Origin: Adineta vaga
Taxonomy: Eukaryota > Animalia > Rotifera
Direction: 5' to 3'
Assembly: GCA_021613535.1 (NCBI GenBank)
Contig: CP075492.1
Coordinates: 3,906,001-3,970,000 of the forward strand
DNA length: 64,000 nt
Position 1 is the stretch's first letter; the number at the start of each line of letters is the position of its first letter. The notes under the pieces are model-generated. The model was not told where the DNA came from. It ran no database searches and saw nothing but the letters and a program-made list of their open reading frames with translations. Positions 12,980 to 25,317 of this stretch are shown one piece after another. The position numbers and the translations under genes were made by a program.

Positions 12980-13945
12980 ATGAAATTTATTGGTATAATG
13001 AAAAATCTTTCTCGAAATCTTAAATATCGTCGTGATAAAAAAGATGAAGAAGATTGTGTTAATCTTGTTGATTCATCCGATGAAAATATTCACATTTCAT
13101 CACGATTATTTCAACGAATACCTTATCTAATTATTCTTCGTTATATGATTTTAATACCATTAGTTATGTATTTATTAATTATTTTAACTCCGATAAAACA
13201 TCTTCAATCATTTGTGCCAATGGAAATGAAAACAAGCAAAAATTTTCTTCTTGTCGTTGCTCATCCAGATGATGAATGTTTATTTTTTAGTCCGACAATT
13301 GTTGGATTAGTATCACGTGGAAAAATTGGACATATACTCGTTTTTTCCAAAGGAAATAGTCTTGGATTAGGACCAATTCGAGAAAAAGAATTAAATGGAA
13401 GTTGTCAGAAATTAAATATTGATCTTTCACGATGTTTTTCATTGAATTTAACTGATTTACAAGATGATCCTCATCGTTGGTGGCCGAAAGGAAATATTTC
13501 GGAAATTGTCGATCAATTTATTAAACGTTTTAATATTGATTTATTGATTACATTCGATCGTGGTGGAATATCTGGACATGTTAATCATAAATCTGTTGCA
13601 ATTGGTATTGAATACTATTTAGAAAATTTTGATCAAACTCCACGAACATATCGTTTAACAACTGTTGCGTCTCTATTTGAATATTCCTCAATATTAGATC
13701 TAGTTCGAACATTAATCAAATTCATTCCACGATTAATACGAAGTTTTTTCTCAACAATTTTACCGTTTTTATTTTCGTCACCGAACGATCAACGTGCTTT
13801 ATTTGTTAGTTCACCATTTGGTTATTATCAAGGTTTAAAAGCATTTCATCAACATCGTTCACAAATGCTTTGGTATAGACATATTTACACAACATTTAGT
13901 CGACATATGTTTATTAATGATCTAACAAAAGTGTCAAGAAATTGA
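12980..13945 (+). CDS. PIGL: PIG-L family GlcNAc-PI de-N-acetylase
   Basis: AHPDDE metal motif, ITFDRGGISGHVNH, HRSQMLWYR...FSRHMFINDL. Intronless, with a TM helix preceded by a ~45 aa extension. Confidence 0.88.
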   Translation: MKFIGIMKNLSRNLKYRRDKKDEEDCVNLVDSSDENIHISSRLFQRIPYLIILRYMILIPLVMYLLIILTPIKHLQSFVPMEMKTSKNFLLVVAHPDDECLFFSPTIVGLVSRGKIGHILVFSKGNSLGLGPIREKELNGSCQKLNIDLSRCFSLNLTDLQDDPHRWWPKGNISEIVDQFIKRFNIDLLITFDRGGISGHVNHKSVAIGIEYYLENFDQTPRTYRLTTVASLFEYSSILDLVRTLIKFIPRLIRSFFSTILPFLFSSPNDQRALFVSSPFGYYQGLKAFHQHRSQMLWYRHIYTTFSRHMFINDLTKVSRN

Positions 13946-14394
13946 ATATACATCTCATGTTTAATATCAATGTTTTAGATTACAATCAAATATTTGTTAT
14001 TTTTAATAAAATTCAATTGATTTAATGTCAATAGAAATGTATTCGAATCTAAACAAATTTTACATTTGGATGATTCCAATTATGTTGCACAATACTAAAC
14101 ATTTTTTGAAATCTTTGATTAGACGAGAGAAGAAATCAACCGATTGATCTGATGACTTGTTATTTGTTTTTAGTTATTATCTATTAGTATCTCATTAGAA
14201 GGATGAAAAAGGGCATTCGTGTTTAGTTATTTATCTTGTATAGATCATCGCCTACTATAAGTATCAGATATCTCGAACATGTTTTTTTGACGATAGATAA
14301 TGATGAAAATATTTCCGACGCATCAAAAGTATGTATTTATGTAAAATCATATTTATGTCAGTTTTTGATTACAAATTTGTAGAAATAAATTCTG

Positions 14395-15006
14395 TTAGAT
14401 ATTAGGACGATAAGGTTCTTCTTGTACAAGATGTCCATAGATAATTTTAATAAACAATGCTGGAATAAACCATTGAAAACCATCAATTGGTGGAATAATA
14501 TAATAATTCAAAATCAATACTAATAAACAAACTAACATCGCTGTTGGTCGTTGTAAATAAAGTGGTATTAGCAAAACGATATGAGCACTTAATTGTAAAA
14601 TAAAGTACCAAAATAATCCATAGAATCGAAATTGAGGAGATCCAAAACAGATCTGTAAAATAAATGGATGAATATGGATTAGCGTAAAGAACCAATGTAG
14701 TTTTAATAATCGAATGAGTAAAGTTTTTTCATCGGGTTTTAATGGAGTAGAATAAAATCGTTTACATGAATTTAAACTATTACATACTAATCCACCAGCT
14801 ACATCAAACGCTAAGATAGATCCCACAAAATATTGCCAATAAGCCCATGAATAAGTTTTCATCAAGAAAAAGTAAATATATAATCCAAAACCAATAAAAC
14901 CACCTAGATAACCAAGAGTTTTCTCAGTTGTAGTTGCATCAGTTCCACATGAAAGATCTGTTGGACCATGATATGACCAATTGATTGTAGATAATTTCAT
15001 GTTCAA
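14395..15006 (-). CDS. Intronless multi-pass membrane protein of unknown function, bacterial-hypothetical-like
   Basis: 203 aa ORF with ~5-6 TM segments. Conserved-looking motifs AFDVAGGLVCNSLNSCKRFY, HIHP and KIIYGHLVQEEPYRP. The bacterial resemblance is from memory and unverified. Confidence 0.75.
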   Translation of the reverse strand: MNMKLSTINWSYHGPTDLSCGTDATTTEKTLGYLGGFIGFGLYIYFFLMKTYSWAYWQYFVGSILAFDVAGGLVCNSLNSCKRFYSTPLKPDEKTLLIRLLKLHWFFTLIHIHPFILQICFGSPQFRFYGLFWYFILQLSAHIVLLIPLYLQRPTAMLVCLLVLILNYYIIPPIDGFQWFIPALFIKIIYGHLVQEEPYRPNI

Positions 15007-15202
15007 ATCTAAAACTCTGTGATTCTTCAGGGAATTTCATCTAATTATCTCAAATATGATCGAAGATTTTATTGGTCTATGAAGAATGTTAAAGTCTAGA
15101 AATATTCTTTGTTCGCATTTATTAGTAAAATTTTTCAAAATCAATGAAAACAAGTTTATTAAATAATATTGAAGTCTTTATACATAGTTATATGATGAAT
15201 AA

Positions 15203-15944
15203 TTAGACTGATTGAACCATTAAATATTTATTCGCATCAATAAGTCGCGCCAATTTAAAAGCAAATTTTACTATAATCACCTTTAAAATAATTATAAGAT
15301 ATAATTCATTAAAATAAGTCAATTTCAAATTTACCGTAAGAATGAAACTAGCAGCAACGATGAAAATCACGAAGAAAGCACCAAACGATGCTCCAACTAT
15401 CATACCTTTGTGTTCACCAGCATCACTTTGACTTAAAGCAGTAAGGACAACAACTCCAAGAAGTAACAGCAATATTACTGCAATAGCCTCAAGCACAAGT
15501 ATAATCACACCGATAATAGCAAACTTAAAATTCAACATAATAAATTAGAAACTAATTAATTGAATAAACTCTCTACATACTATACGTAAACCAATTTGAT
15601 AATAACGATAGGCAACGAATGTTCCAAAAGCATAGAATAGAATAGAAATAATATTAAAACCAACTTCTGACCTTCCTTTAGAACTACCGATTTCATTTCT
15701 AACAGCCGATGTAGAAATAGCACTAAGAGCACCGGCGATAGACAATCCCTAGAAAATAGCTTACAAATTCATAAATTTAATTGATGATATGAGTAAAACT
15801 TACAAGACAAACACCAAGAATAATCAGAAGAATCTTTCGAGTTCGTTGTATTTCAACATTATATTTTAATGATAATGGTCTGATAGTAACTGGATCGGAT
15901 GGATCCATCATGGCTACTTTTTCAGTTTCGGGTTTGTATTGCAT
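15203..15944 (-). CDS. Four-TM family member 1 (intact, 191 aa)
   Basis: Exons 15944-15804, 15748-15581, 15523-15335, 15280-15203, all phase-0 GT-AG introns. Family motifs EIQRTRKILLII, YRYYQIGLRI, FKLARLIDANK. Confidence 0.85.
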
Positions 15945-17130
15945 GTTAATATTGTATGATTATTCAAAGGTCTGAAAGAAATATAAAAAGAGAAAAACAA
16001 CTACGTGTTTACTTCGCAGACATAGACTATAAAGACAGAAATAAGAAAAGTATCTTATGTCTAAATATAGTCAATTACTTCACGTATTATAAGTTAGGAG
16101 AGAACGGAATAAATAATCATTTCCCACGAAAAAAAACACAATTTCTATTTTTTCCCCTATTGGCTGATGATAAGATACAAAATCAACGAATTATTCTTTC
16201 ATTTCATCCTATCAGAACTTTTTAAATAGCTGATCACAAATTGTAAAATATTTCAAGTAGAAAAAAATAGTGGAATGAGAGAAGTGCGAATAATAAAATC
16301 AATAATCAATTGTATTGGATTTGTCATATAGGTGTTCCAATAGAAAAACAATCATACACATGTTTTCATGAATGTTTTTAAAATCAATTACAGAGTGCGC
16401 TATTAAAATGAATTGTATTTACCATATTTCCTATGTCATCATATCTATAGATCAAACAGTGTTGAAGTCAGTACTGCCTATGATAAAACTTAACAAATAC
16501 GATGGTATATCTCGCAAATAATAGTTGGAAATCAGAGATTTGAGTGAATTGATTGTACTAGATTGGTTTGTAAAGACCGAAAACATCATTTACCGATCTA
16601 ATTAGCTGAAATTATAGTGAATATGTATATTAAAGTAAATGACACTATTTGTACAAAAATTATGGAAGTGAATTGTCAATTAATAAAAGAATAAGTGATA
16701 ACAATCAAATACATTCGTAATCTAAACATGAAATTTTATTTTACTTCATAGATCTCTTACTTATTTAATGATATTAGTAGAAAGACACGAAATAAAATAT
16801 TCTGTAATTGCAATAGACGTTCAGTAAGTTAAGAAACGTTTATCAGAATAAATCATATTCATACGTACAATCGATTATTTATTTTCAATGAATATATATA
16901 TATATGTATATTTCGCATTTCTATAAGTAATTGTTTGACTATTATAAAATAAACCTTCCGGGAAGAATATAAGGAAGATATGTGTTTGAGATAATTATTA
17001 AACTAATCTATAGACCGTTCTACTTTTTATTTGAAATCATTTCATTTGTGAATTTCAATTCTATCTAACATAGAGAACTATAGATTATACAGTATTTAAT
17101 ATTTTCAGTCAAGTAAGCAAGGATAGTTTG

Positions 17131-18049
17131 TTAAATGGGTAAATTTTTCTTTGCGTCAATAAGTCGTGCTAAATTGAAGGATAGTTTGACTATGATTACC
17201 TATAAATAGAAATGAATTTTCATCAGAAAGTGGAATAAATAAATGACTTACGTGTATAATTAAAACAATATTAGAAACAACGACAATAAAAGTAATAAGA
17301 ATTCCTCCAAAAGCATAATAATATTTCAAGTATTCAGGAAGTTGCACACCCGTCATCATTATGATGAACATAAAAGCAATTATTCCAATGATTATACAAA
17401 ATAGGACAGCTGATATAATAACAAGCCATGCAACCTAGAAAATAAGAAAGAGAATTTTGTTTTTAGTTCATCGAAGCAATGATACAACAAACTCGTTTAT
17501 AAACAAATGATGGTTATATTTATCATCAGCTTGTTTCAGCTTATGATCCGTATTCTTAGTGTCATATCAATTAAACAAACGTTTGAAATACTAACTACCT
17601 ATCTTTGAATACCTGATCATCTTCATTCTTTGATGTGAATAACTATTTCATTTCATATTTCTTCTCATTTTCTATTTAAAACTGATTGAAACATACCACA
17701 CGTAAACCTATTGAATGATATTTGTGTGTAACATAATAAGCAAAGGAATAAAAGAATAGTCCAAGAATAGTTTGAAGAAGTTGTCTATTAGAACTCTTTG
17801 TTGCAGCATATATCGTTGATGTTGATGAGGACGATACTTTATGAAAGATGAACGTAATCATTGAAAATACATGAAGCGCCTAGAAAAAGTCCAAAGTTAT
17901 GAAATCAATACAAAATGGCAACTCACAAGAAAGACACTAAAAATAACAAGAAGAATTTTTCGAGTTCGTTGAACTTCTCGATCTTCAGTTAATGGAATTG
18001 GTGCAATATCCGTAATCAATACTTCTTCAGTTTCTTTTTCATATTTCAT
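17131..18049 (-). CDS. Four-TM family member 2 (intact)
   Basis: Exons 18049-17927, 17879-17697, 17434-17252, 17199-17131, open throughout. Motifs REVQRTRKILL, HKYHSIGLRV|VAWL, FNLARLIDAKK. Confidence 0.85.
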
Positions 18050-18820
18050 TTTTGACTTTGAAATTTCTGTAACTGTTTGAAGATGTGAAGAAACGACCGA
18101 AAATAAAATATCCTTCTCTTTTCTGAAGAGCAAAACGGATGATGACCAGGAGAATTCTTTTTTCGAAGAGAAATTTTGTTACTTATGTACGAAGGGATCA
18201 CAGATCAAATAACAATGAAGATTAACTTAACATGTATAAACCATTATGTTTGCATTATATTATGTTTATCTCTTCTTGCTTTTCGGTTAGATGGACATGT
18301 TGTTGCAAACTATTTTATTTGTAGAAGGATAGAGAAATAAAATGTTCGTTCGTGTTAGATCCTTATATGGCAATATGAACTAATCAAATATCAGTGTGGA
18401 AGATTTTAGTATAATTATCATGTTTGAATTGAGTTATTTCAAACGTAAGAAATAATAATAAAGTAAATGGATGACTGTAGAATATTGAAGAAAGAAAATA
18501 GTTACTTCATTAATATTATTGATGATGAAAACAATATACATTTGAGTATAAGATATGATTTCTAATTAAAAGATCGAACTTTTTCAACTTCCTGTTCATA
18601 TCGCATCGTTAATATGAAAAATCCGTTTAATCACGCCGATCAAATAATACATCATACTTGTTTTTGCACAAGATGCACAAGCAATAGATAACCAGAAAAG
18701 ATATTTAAGGCGAGAAATTTATTTACTCAATTAAAGCAGAAGAATCAACAGACCTTATTGCTTTTTTAGAAACTACTTTATTTATTTTCATTGCCAATAG
18801 ATTTAAACAATAGACGTATA

Positions 18821-19500
18821 TCAAGATATTTTCTTATCCAAACGATCAAGCAAATGAAAGTGTTCATTAAGATAACCAATTGCATAAGTGATATACATCA
18901 TTAAACCCCATATCTGAGCATATAATGATCCATCACACCCAACGATTAACGCATAGATACTAATACTAAGACCGACAATTAATTGCCAAGCGCCTAATAC
19001 AATCAACACCCAATGAGCATTCCACAATCCTGCAAAATGTGGATACATAAATGTATGAAGAATTGTATTCGAAACCATTGTTGGCCATTCATATGAAATA
19101 TCACCACGTAAACCAACTAATACGACTGATGGTGTTGTTTGATGATGCCAACGAAAATGAGATAATACTGGTGTTTTATTCATAATAACCAAATAAATAT
19201 TCATAAATTCATATAGTTTGCTTAGATAGAAGATATACCAAACGAAAACATACGCGCCCGTTGGAGTAAGTCTATAACATAGTAACTGACTTCATACGAA
19301 GAAAATCGCGGCCATCTCGATACGTCGGAATACCGTTAAAACGTTGAGATCGATGCAGATTGAATGGATTAGTACGAATAAACATATGTTTGTAAACTTT
19401 GTATGATAACAAAATGGATGATTGAAATAAAAATAAGAAATAAAAAAGAAGTCAATTGTGTTTGACCAGACACAAACACAAAATCATTCGGATGTCACAC
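18821..19500 (-). pseudogene. ELO fatty-acid elongase pseudogene (copy of 25318-26055)
   Basis: 3' half (~18851-19196) is essentially identical to the intact ELO. 5' half is alignable but has frameshifts, stops and no intact start. Confidence 0.85.
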
Positions 19501-20312
19501 CTTCTTATTGTATAACGATGTTGTATTTACGTTAGGTTTACTTGCAAATATTCAATGTTAATCACTCGGTTCTACTTTTCATATATGTATAAACACGATG
19601 ATTGAAAAGAATTTGTATATTCTTTCAAGAAGTTTCTCGAGCATGAGGTACTCTCGACCTGGACATGAAAAAGAAGAAAAAAATGAATTATATTTTTTTC
19701 ATAAAGATTTTGCTCTGTGTTCCGACGCAGTATCTAACTAAGACATAATGAACTACTTAAATCTTTCTTGTGAATGGAACAAACGAAAAAGGAAAACGAT
19801 CTATATCTATCAAGACATACTGATCATGTACGTTTCATATGACATCAATGAAAGAACTGGAAAAGAAGATGAAATGTTCTTTCTCTTGATCTATTTCTTT
19901 ATTTTTATCTATGATTTGATTCAATTAAACTTGTAAAACAATTGTTTCGAAGACATGGATAAACAAATGAGAATGAAAACAGTTTATGAACAGTTCAACA
20001 GACAGAAAATAGAACTATTTGATAAAAGCTTGAATATCTTTGTTTTAATCTATGAATTGATCTTACTAACCGAGGTAAATTAATATGAAGTGATGTGATT
20101 GAATATTAATCAAGTGTTGTTAATCAATCATAAAATTTTGAGATTATGTCAACAGTCAAGTATTAGATTTTTGAATAGTTCTTGTTGAAATTTCATACAA
20201 TATGTTTATTTTTTTTGTTCTAAACTACAATGTTGTGAAAAAAACGTTTTTTGAAAATGTTTAGGAGTCTTTGTAGTATCTAAACACAACTAGATACTAT
20301 CACATATGAATA

Positions 20313-21301
20313 TTAAATTGTTTGACAAGGAATTGTTCTCTTGTCCACAATAAGATTTGCTAATTTGAAACATAATTTAGCCACAAATTTCTATAAAAAA
20401 ATGAAATTCCATCAGAAAATCGAATTTAGTAAATAACTTACTTGGATAAGTAAATTAGCAAGACAGAAAACACCTAAAATTGTCAGAAAAATTCCTCCTG
20501 CAGTAGAAAACTTTTTGTCTTTTTGAACATTATCCATATGTGGCGACGCTAAGAGGACGACGATAACGACCGCGATGAATAATAAAAAGCACAAAATCGC
20601 GCTGATAATGTTAAGCCATGCGATCTAAATTTAGAAAAACAAATGAAAATATTTTCATCTTTTACTGAAACAACAACTAAACATGAGTATCATAGAAGCG
20701 ATCTCTATCATTACTCTTCTAACTCTTTCGTGACAACGATTGAACTATAGTTCTATACCAATGAAATTAAACGTTTGAAAGCAGATTTAATTCTGATTAG
20801 GTCAGTAGAAGAAATCTCAAGGATTATCTTTGATCTTATATAAATAAATGAACTTAAACATACCACACGTAAACCTGTTGCACGATAAGTATATGTTACA
20901 TAGTAAGCAAAACCATAAAGTAGAACGAACGTAGTAAGTTGAACGATTTGTAACGTGTAATTTGGTTTCTCTTTGTCAAACATTGTTATTGATTCTTTCA
21001 TTGATGTCAATGATGAATTCGTTGGTGTTAATGGTGTTGGTGTTGGTGTTGGTATTGGTGTTGGTGTTGGCGTTGTACCTGCAGCTGCACCCCATACAGA
21101 TAATACCAACACGAATATGCATATTCCCTAGAAGATTCAATAATGATTAAACCATTGAGGAAAAGATCAATTTACCAGAAAAACACCAAAGATAATAAGA
21201 AGCTTTTTTCGAATTCGTTGAACTTTTCGATCAGCAGCTAATGGAATTTGTGTAGCATTCGTCATCATTACTTGTACCGTTGGTTTTTCGTGTTGCATCA
21301 T
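20313..21301 (-). CDS. Four-TM family member 3 (intact, Pro/Thr-repeat loop)
   Basis: Exons 21301-21176, 21127-20864, 20624-20442, 20390-20313. Motifs RKVQRIRKKLL, TYRATGLRV|IAWL, FKLANLIVDKR. Confidence 0.85.
21023..21075. repeat. (GGTGTT)n coding minisatellite giving TPTPTPIPTPTPTP
   Basis: Hexamer repeat visible inside exon 2 of four-TM member 3. Confidence 0.85.
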
Positions 21302-23389
21302 AGTTGTATATGTAGATCTTTGAGTAAAATAGAATAAAAGAAAAGAAGGACGAACAAACATTATTCTCTTTATAGTACATATACGAACGATGGATAGAAT
21401 AAAAATATAAACTCGACTGAACTGACGAGGAAGTTTTACTTTGGCAGAAAAACGAAAGATTCTCACAAACTACAAAAAGCTTATCCACTGTTTGAATTCT
21501 ATGCTCTAACGCTTAAACTGCGTATGACCATGTGGGTAATCGAAAATGATGAGGATGAGTGTAAGGGGTGCAAATTCTCCTATTACTGAAGTAAAAGAAC
21601 AATCTTATAATTTTAATAATTTTTCCAAGGAAATGGAGCGGAAAAAGACTATCGTATACGTATAAAGAAGTGATAGAAAACCTCGAAATTTCACTGATCA
21701 TCGATAAAGATTTTATACTATTCGAAATTAATCCAGTAACGAATGAAGAAAACGAGAGAGGACTAAACAATTGCTGTGACCTATATATATACAAGTGGGC
21801 TGACTTATATATAATTATCGCCTTTTGGATTTTCCTCTTTAATATTTCTCTTTCTTTTATTTTATTTTTCTTTGATATCTATCTTTCATTTTGATCATAT
21901 AAACGGACTTTCGAATATGTTCATGTCCTAAAAGAACAGAAAAACAAAACGAAGCACACGATAAACACGCGTTGATTATTGAATACACTCTATAATGAGA
22001 GAAAGATAGAAAATATAACTACGCCATTCTATCCAGGGGTGTAATGTACCCGTTTTTTTAAAATTGCTTCGGTTTTTCGAATTAAAAATAAAAAAATGGT
22101 GCTAAGATGTTCTGCCTTACAAATCCCAGTACGCTTCTGATTTTATCTTATTGAACAGATCAAATTATTTACGTACAACAATATTTTGAAGTCCGTTAAC
22201 AAGTTTCCAAAAAACTTCCGTCAATGTATGTTAGCGCACAAAGATATCTTCTGTACCTCTCTAAACGTTTAATCTAATTCAGAAAAGAAATAAATGTTCT
22301 TCTTCTTCTTCTTTTCTTTCATTCGAAGGTGTAAATCGAAAACATTCGATTCATTCATTTGATCATGCAACAAATTATACTTATGATAAGGAAGATAAAA
22401 TATGATTTTAGACTAAATAATGGATCGAAGAATTTCTCAGATCAATAAATCACGAAGTCAGTAGTTGTTTGAAAATCTATTTGTTCTTTTTCTTCGTTAT
22501 TATCTATAATTTCCAAGTGATACACATATAACTGCCCATGTCGTCCCTTTTTTGACAATACCGCTGGTTTACGGCGGTTTTCGTTAATACCGTCGGTAAT
22601 CCGCAATTATATAGGACAAGTTTTGATATTTGCTAGAAACAACCCGATATAATATTTTTCTGTTCAAATTCAAATTATTTGATACAAAGAATTGAAACTA
22701 ACCGGAAAAAAAAACATTTTCAGAATTTATTTTCCAAAAATAGATTTTTGCAGCGTCCTTTATATTAAAAACTTCAAAAACCAGGTATCTTGTTATCTGA
22801 GTCGATTCGGTCTCTGTGGTTGATATAGACGACTCAAACGCTTCGACATAACAAAGGATCCGCGAGATCAATTAGAATATCATTTCAAATCTATCGAAAC
22901 TACATATCTGTATAGGTCACAGATGTTAATCGACGTATATTCTTCGACATGTCAAACTTTAACAATCACTGATACTTACAAAGATGTGAACAAAAGTCTC
23001 GATTACACACTGTTAATCAGCATAAACAAAAACATACAAACAATTATACTGTATGAAAACATCGTTGCAATTTTTCAAAACGAATAATTTCATGTGTCTA
23101 ATCGTCAATAAAATGATTAGCAAAACTAAATGCAAATATTGTACTGATTATACTGAAATATTTAGTAACTAATTGTAATATAACAGTAAGTTATCCATGT
23201 TATGAATGTAAAAAACGAAAAGAAAGATTTTTCAGTCAACTTCTTCTCATATCTTTTTATTGAATTCTGAATAGTATGTTGATCCAGATAATTTTTATTA
23301 CAAACTATACTATCATACACAGAAGTTACGTTTTTTTTGTGATATCTGTACAATTGTAAATATCATAAAGTATACGAAGACTAAATGTG

Positions 23390-24272
23390 CTAAGTAACGA
23401 TTTGCTTCGTCGCATCAATAAGTCGTGCCAATTTGAAAGTCAATTTAATTATGATTACTTAGAACAAGTAAAAGAAATTTTATTGGATAATTTAAAACGC
23501 ATAAACCATTTACTTGTATAAGTAAAGTAATTGCGCACACAGCAGTAATTATGATAGGAATAATTAGTTCAATATTCAAACTAGTAGAAAATTTGAATAT
23601 GCCTATGATGAATAGAATAACAGCTGCTACGATAGCTAAAACAAGTGGAATAGCAATGATAATGATAATCCATGCAACATAAAATTAAAAGAAAAACAAC
23701 ATCTAGATGATCAATGTCCTTTCATGTAGATAAAATGATCCGAAAGACAATTCAATCATTCTTATCTAAGTGTGTTCTACTAGCAAACATCTAATTCTAC
23801 TAGAGGATAACTATTCCATTTATCTTATTATTTATAGATTCTTTTGACAAGAGAATGGATAATTTTTAACTATGGCTACTCATTTTTTCATCTAAAATAA
23901 TCTGTTGAAACTTAGCACACGTAAACCTGTTGATTTATAAGTATGTGCTGTGTAGTAAGCAAAAGCATACAGTAGAATTGAAAGTATCCCTTGAAGAATA
24001 TATGTATAGTAACAAGCCCTGCCCAAACAGATCTCTTTGCTGTTGATAGTGTTGCTGCTGCGAACGCTATGTAGTATACCAACAAAACTATGTTTATTCC
24101 CTAACAGATTCACATATTAGTACTAAGCATTTTAAAAAAGATCAATATACCAGTAAGATACCAAAGATGATCAGAAGAATTCTTCGAGTTTATCGAATCT
24201 CTTTATTTTGGACAAATGAAACTGAGGTAGCATCTGCCACCACTACTTTGCCTTTTCCTTCTTCGATTGCAT
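23390..24272 (-). pseudogene. Four-TM family member 4 (pseudogene)
   Basis: Same four-exon layout (KEIR*TRRILL, YKSTGLRV, VAWIII, FKLARLIDATK). Lesions: frameshift after the ATG, in-frame TAA at ~24190, donor GT>CT at ~23915, acceptor AG>AT at ~23680. Confidence 0.82.
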
Positions 24273-25317
24273 CATCTTGAGAATGAGATATTAAAATTGA
24301 CGTTAGATGTGTGTCAATGAACAGGAATGAAAGAAAGAAAGAAAAATAAATTGAATAATATACATATATTCTCTCTTGAAAGACACGACTAATGATAAAT
24401 AAATCGAAGGAAAGAAGGTTAAATCTCAATATTGACTACGGTCAAGGAAACATAGCTGACGAAAAAAATTTTGTTTAGACAAAAATAAAGTAATAATTCA
24501 GTTCATACAGTTGAATTTGAAAGTACTGACAATGGCTATCGTTGAGAAAAATGATCAAGAATGTCATACTTCCTTAACGATCGATATTGACTGAAAAATA
24601 TGGCACTGTGATGTATCATCTAGCCATACATACGCATAATACGGATGAAATAATTCCTAAGAAAAATGATTATCCTCTATACTTCTTTGAAATTTTATTA
24701 ATCCTGATTTATAGCTACAATATGTATAGAAATATCTTACATACTTTTGATAATAGAATTATAAGCTGTACTTTTATTATAATACTAAACTATTGATAAC
24801 ATTTATTCATATATTGAAACATAGATTATAGCTGGACAGAAAGATTAGAAAGACTTTTTCTAGAATAGTGCATGCAGTTTTCCATATATATATATATATA
24901 TAACTGATTCTATTTGATCAAGATCTTGCCTTGCTGATCAAATAAGTTGCTATACTAAAATTAGATTAATCAAGAGACCATCATAGTAAAATTGCATTAT
25001 TGTGAAAATGAGAAATTAATATAAAGAAAGAAAGAAAGAAGCATTATAAAGGCGCATAAGTTAGAAACAAGAGGATTTAGAAATTTACTTTCTGGTATCT
25101 ATTCGTATTTCATCACATCTATATAATGTCGATTCATCTAAGTCGATGAATCAATTTGAAACATAGATATTTTCGAGAAATAGTATAAATAATTAGTAGT
25201 ATATGAAACGAACGGAACTCTTTAAAATCTCATCATTTTTATAGTTTACTTAAAAGCCAGGTGAAAGTCATTCACCTCATATTTCTGTATGGTTGATAAA
25301 TCCAATATGTAGATTCA

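Noticed and set aside
12445-12980. Possible splicing of GT32 into PIG-L to make a fusion enzyme
   Set aside because: The phase-0 donor at ~12445 joined to the acceptor at 12977 gives ATA TGA, which is out of frame.
22030-22900. GC-richer patches resembling transposon/MITE fragments (also 44040-44350)
   Set aside because: No convincing terminal inverted repeats, target-site duplication or second copy in the window.
24883-24903. (TA)n microsatellites (also ~16892 and ~48389)
   Set aside because: Ordinary short simple repeats.
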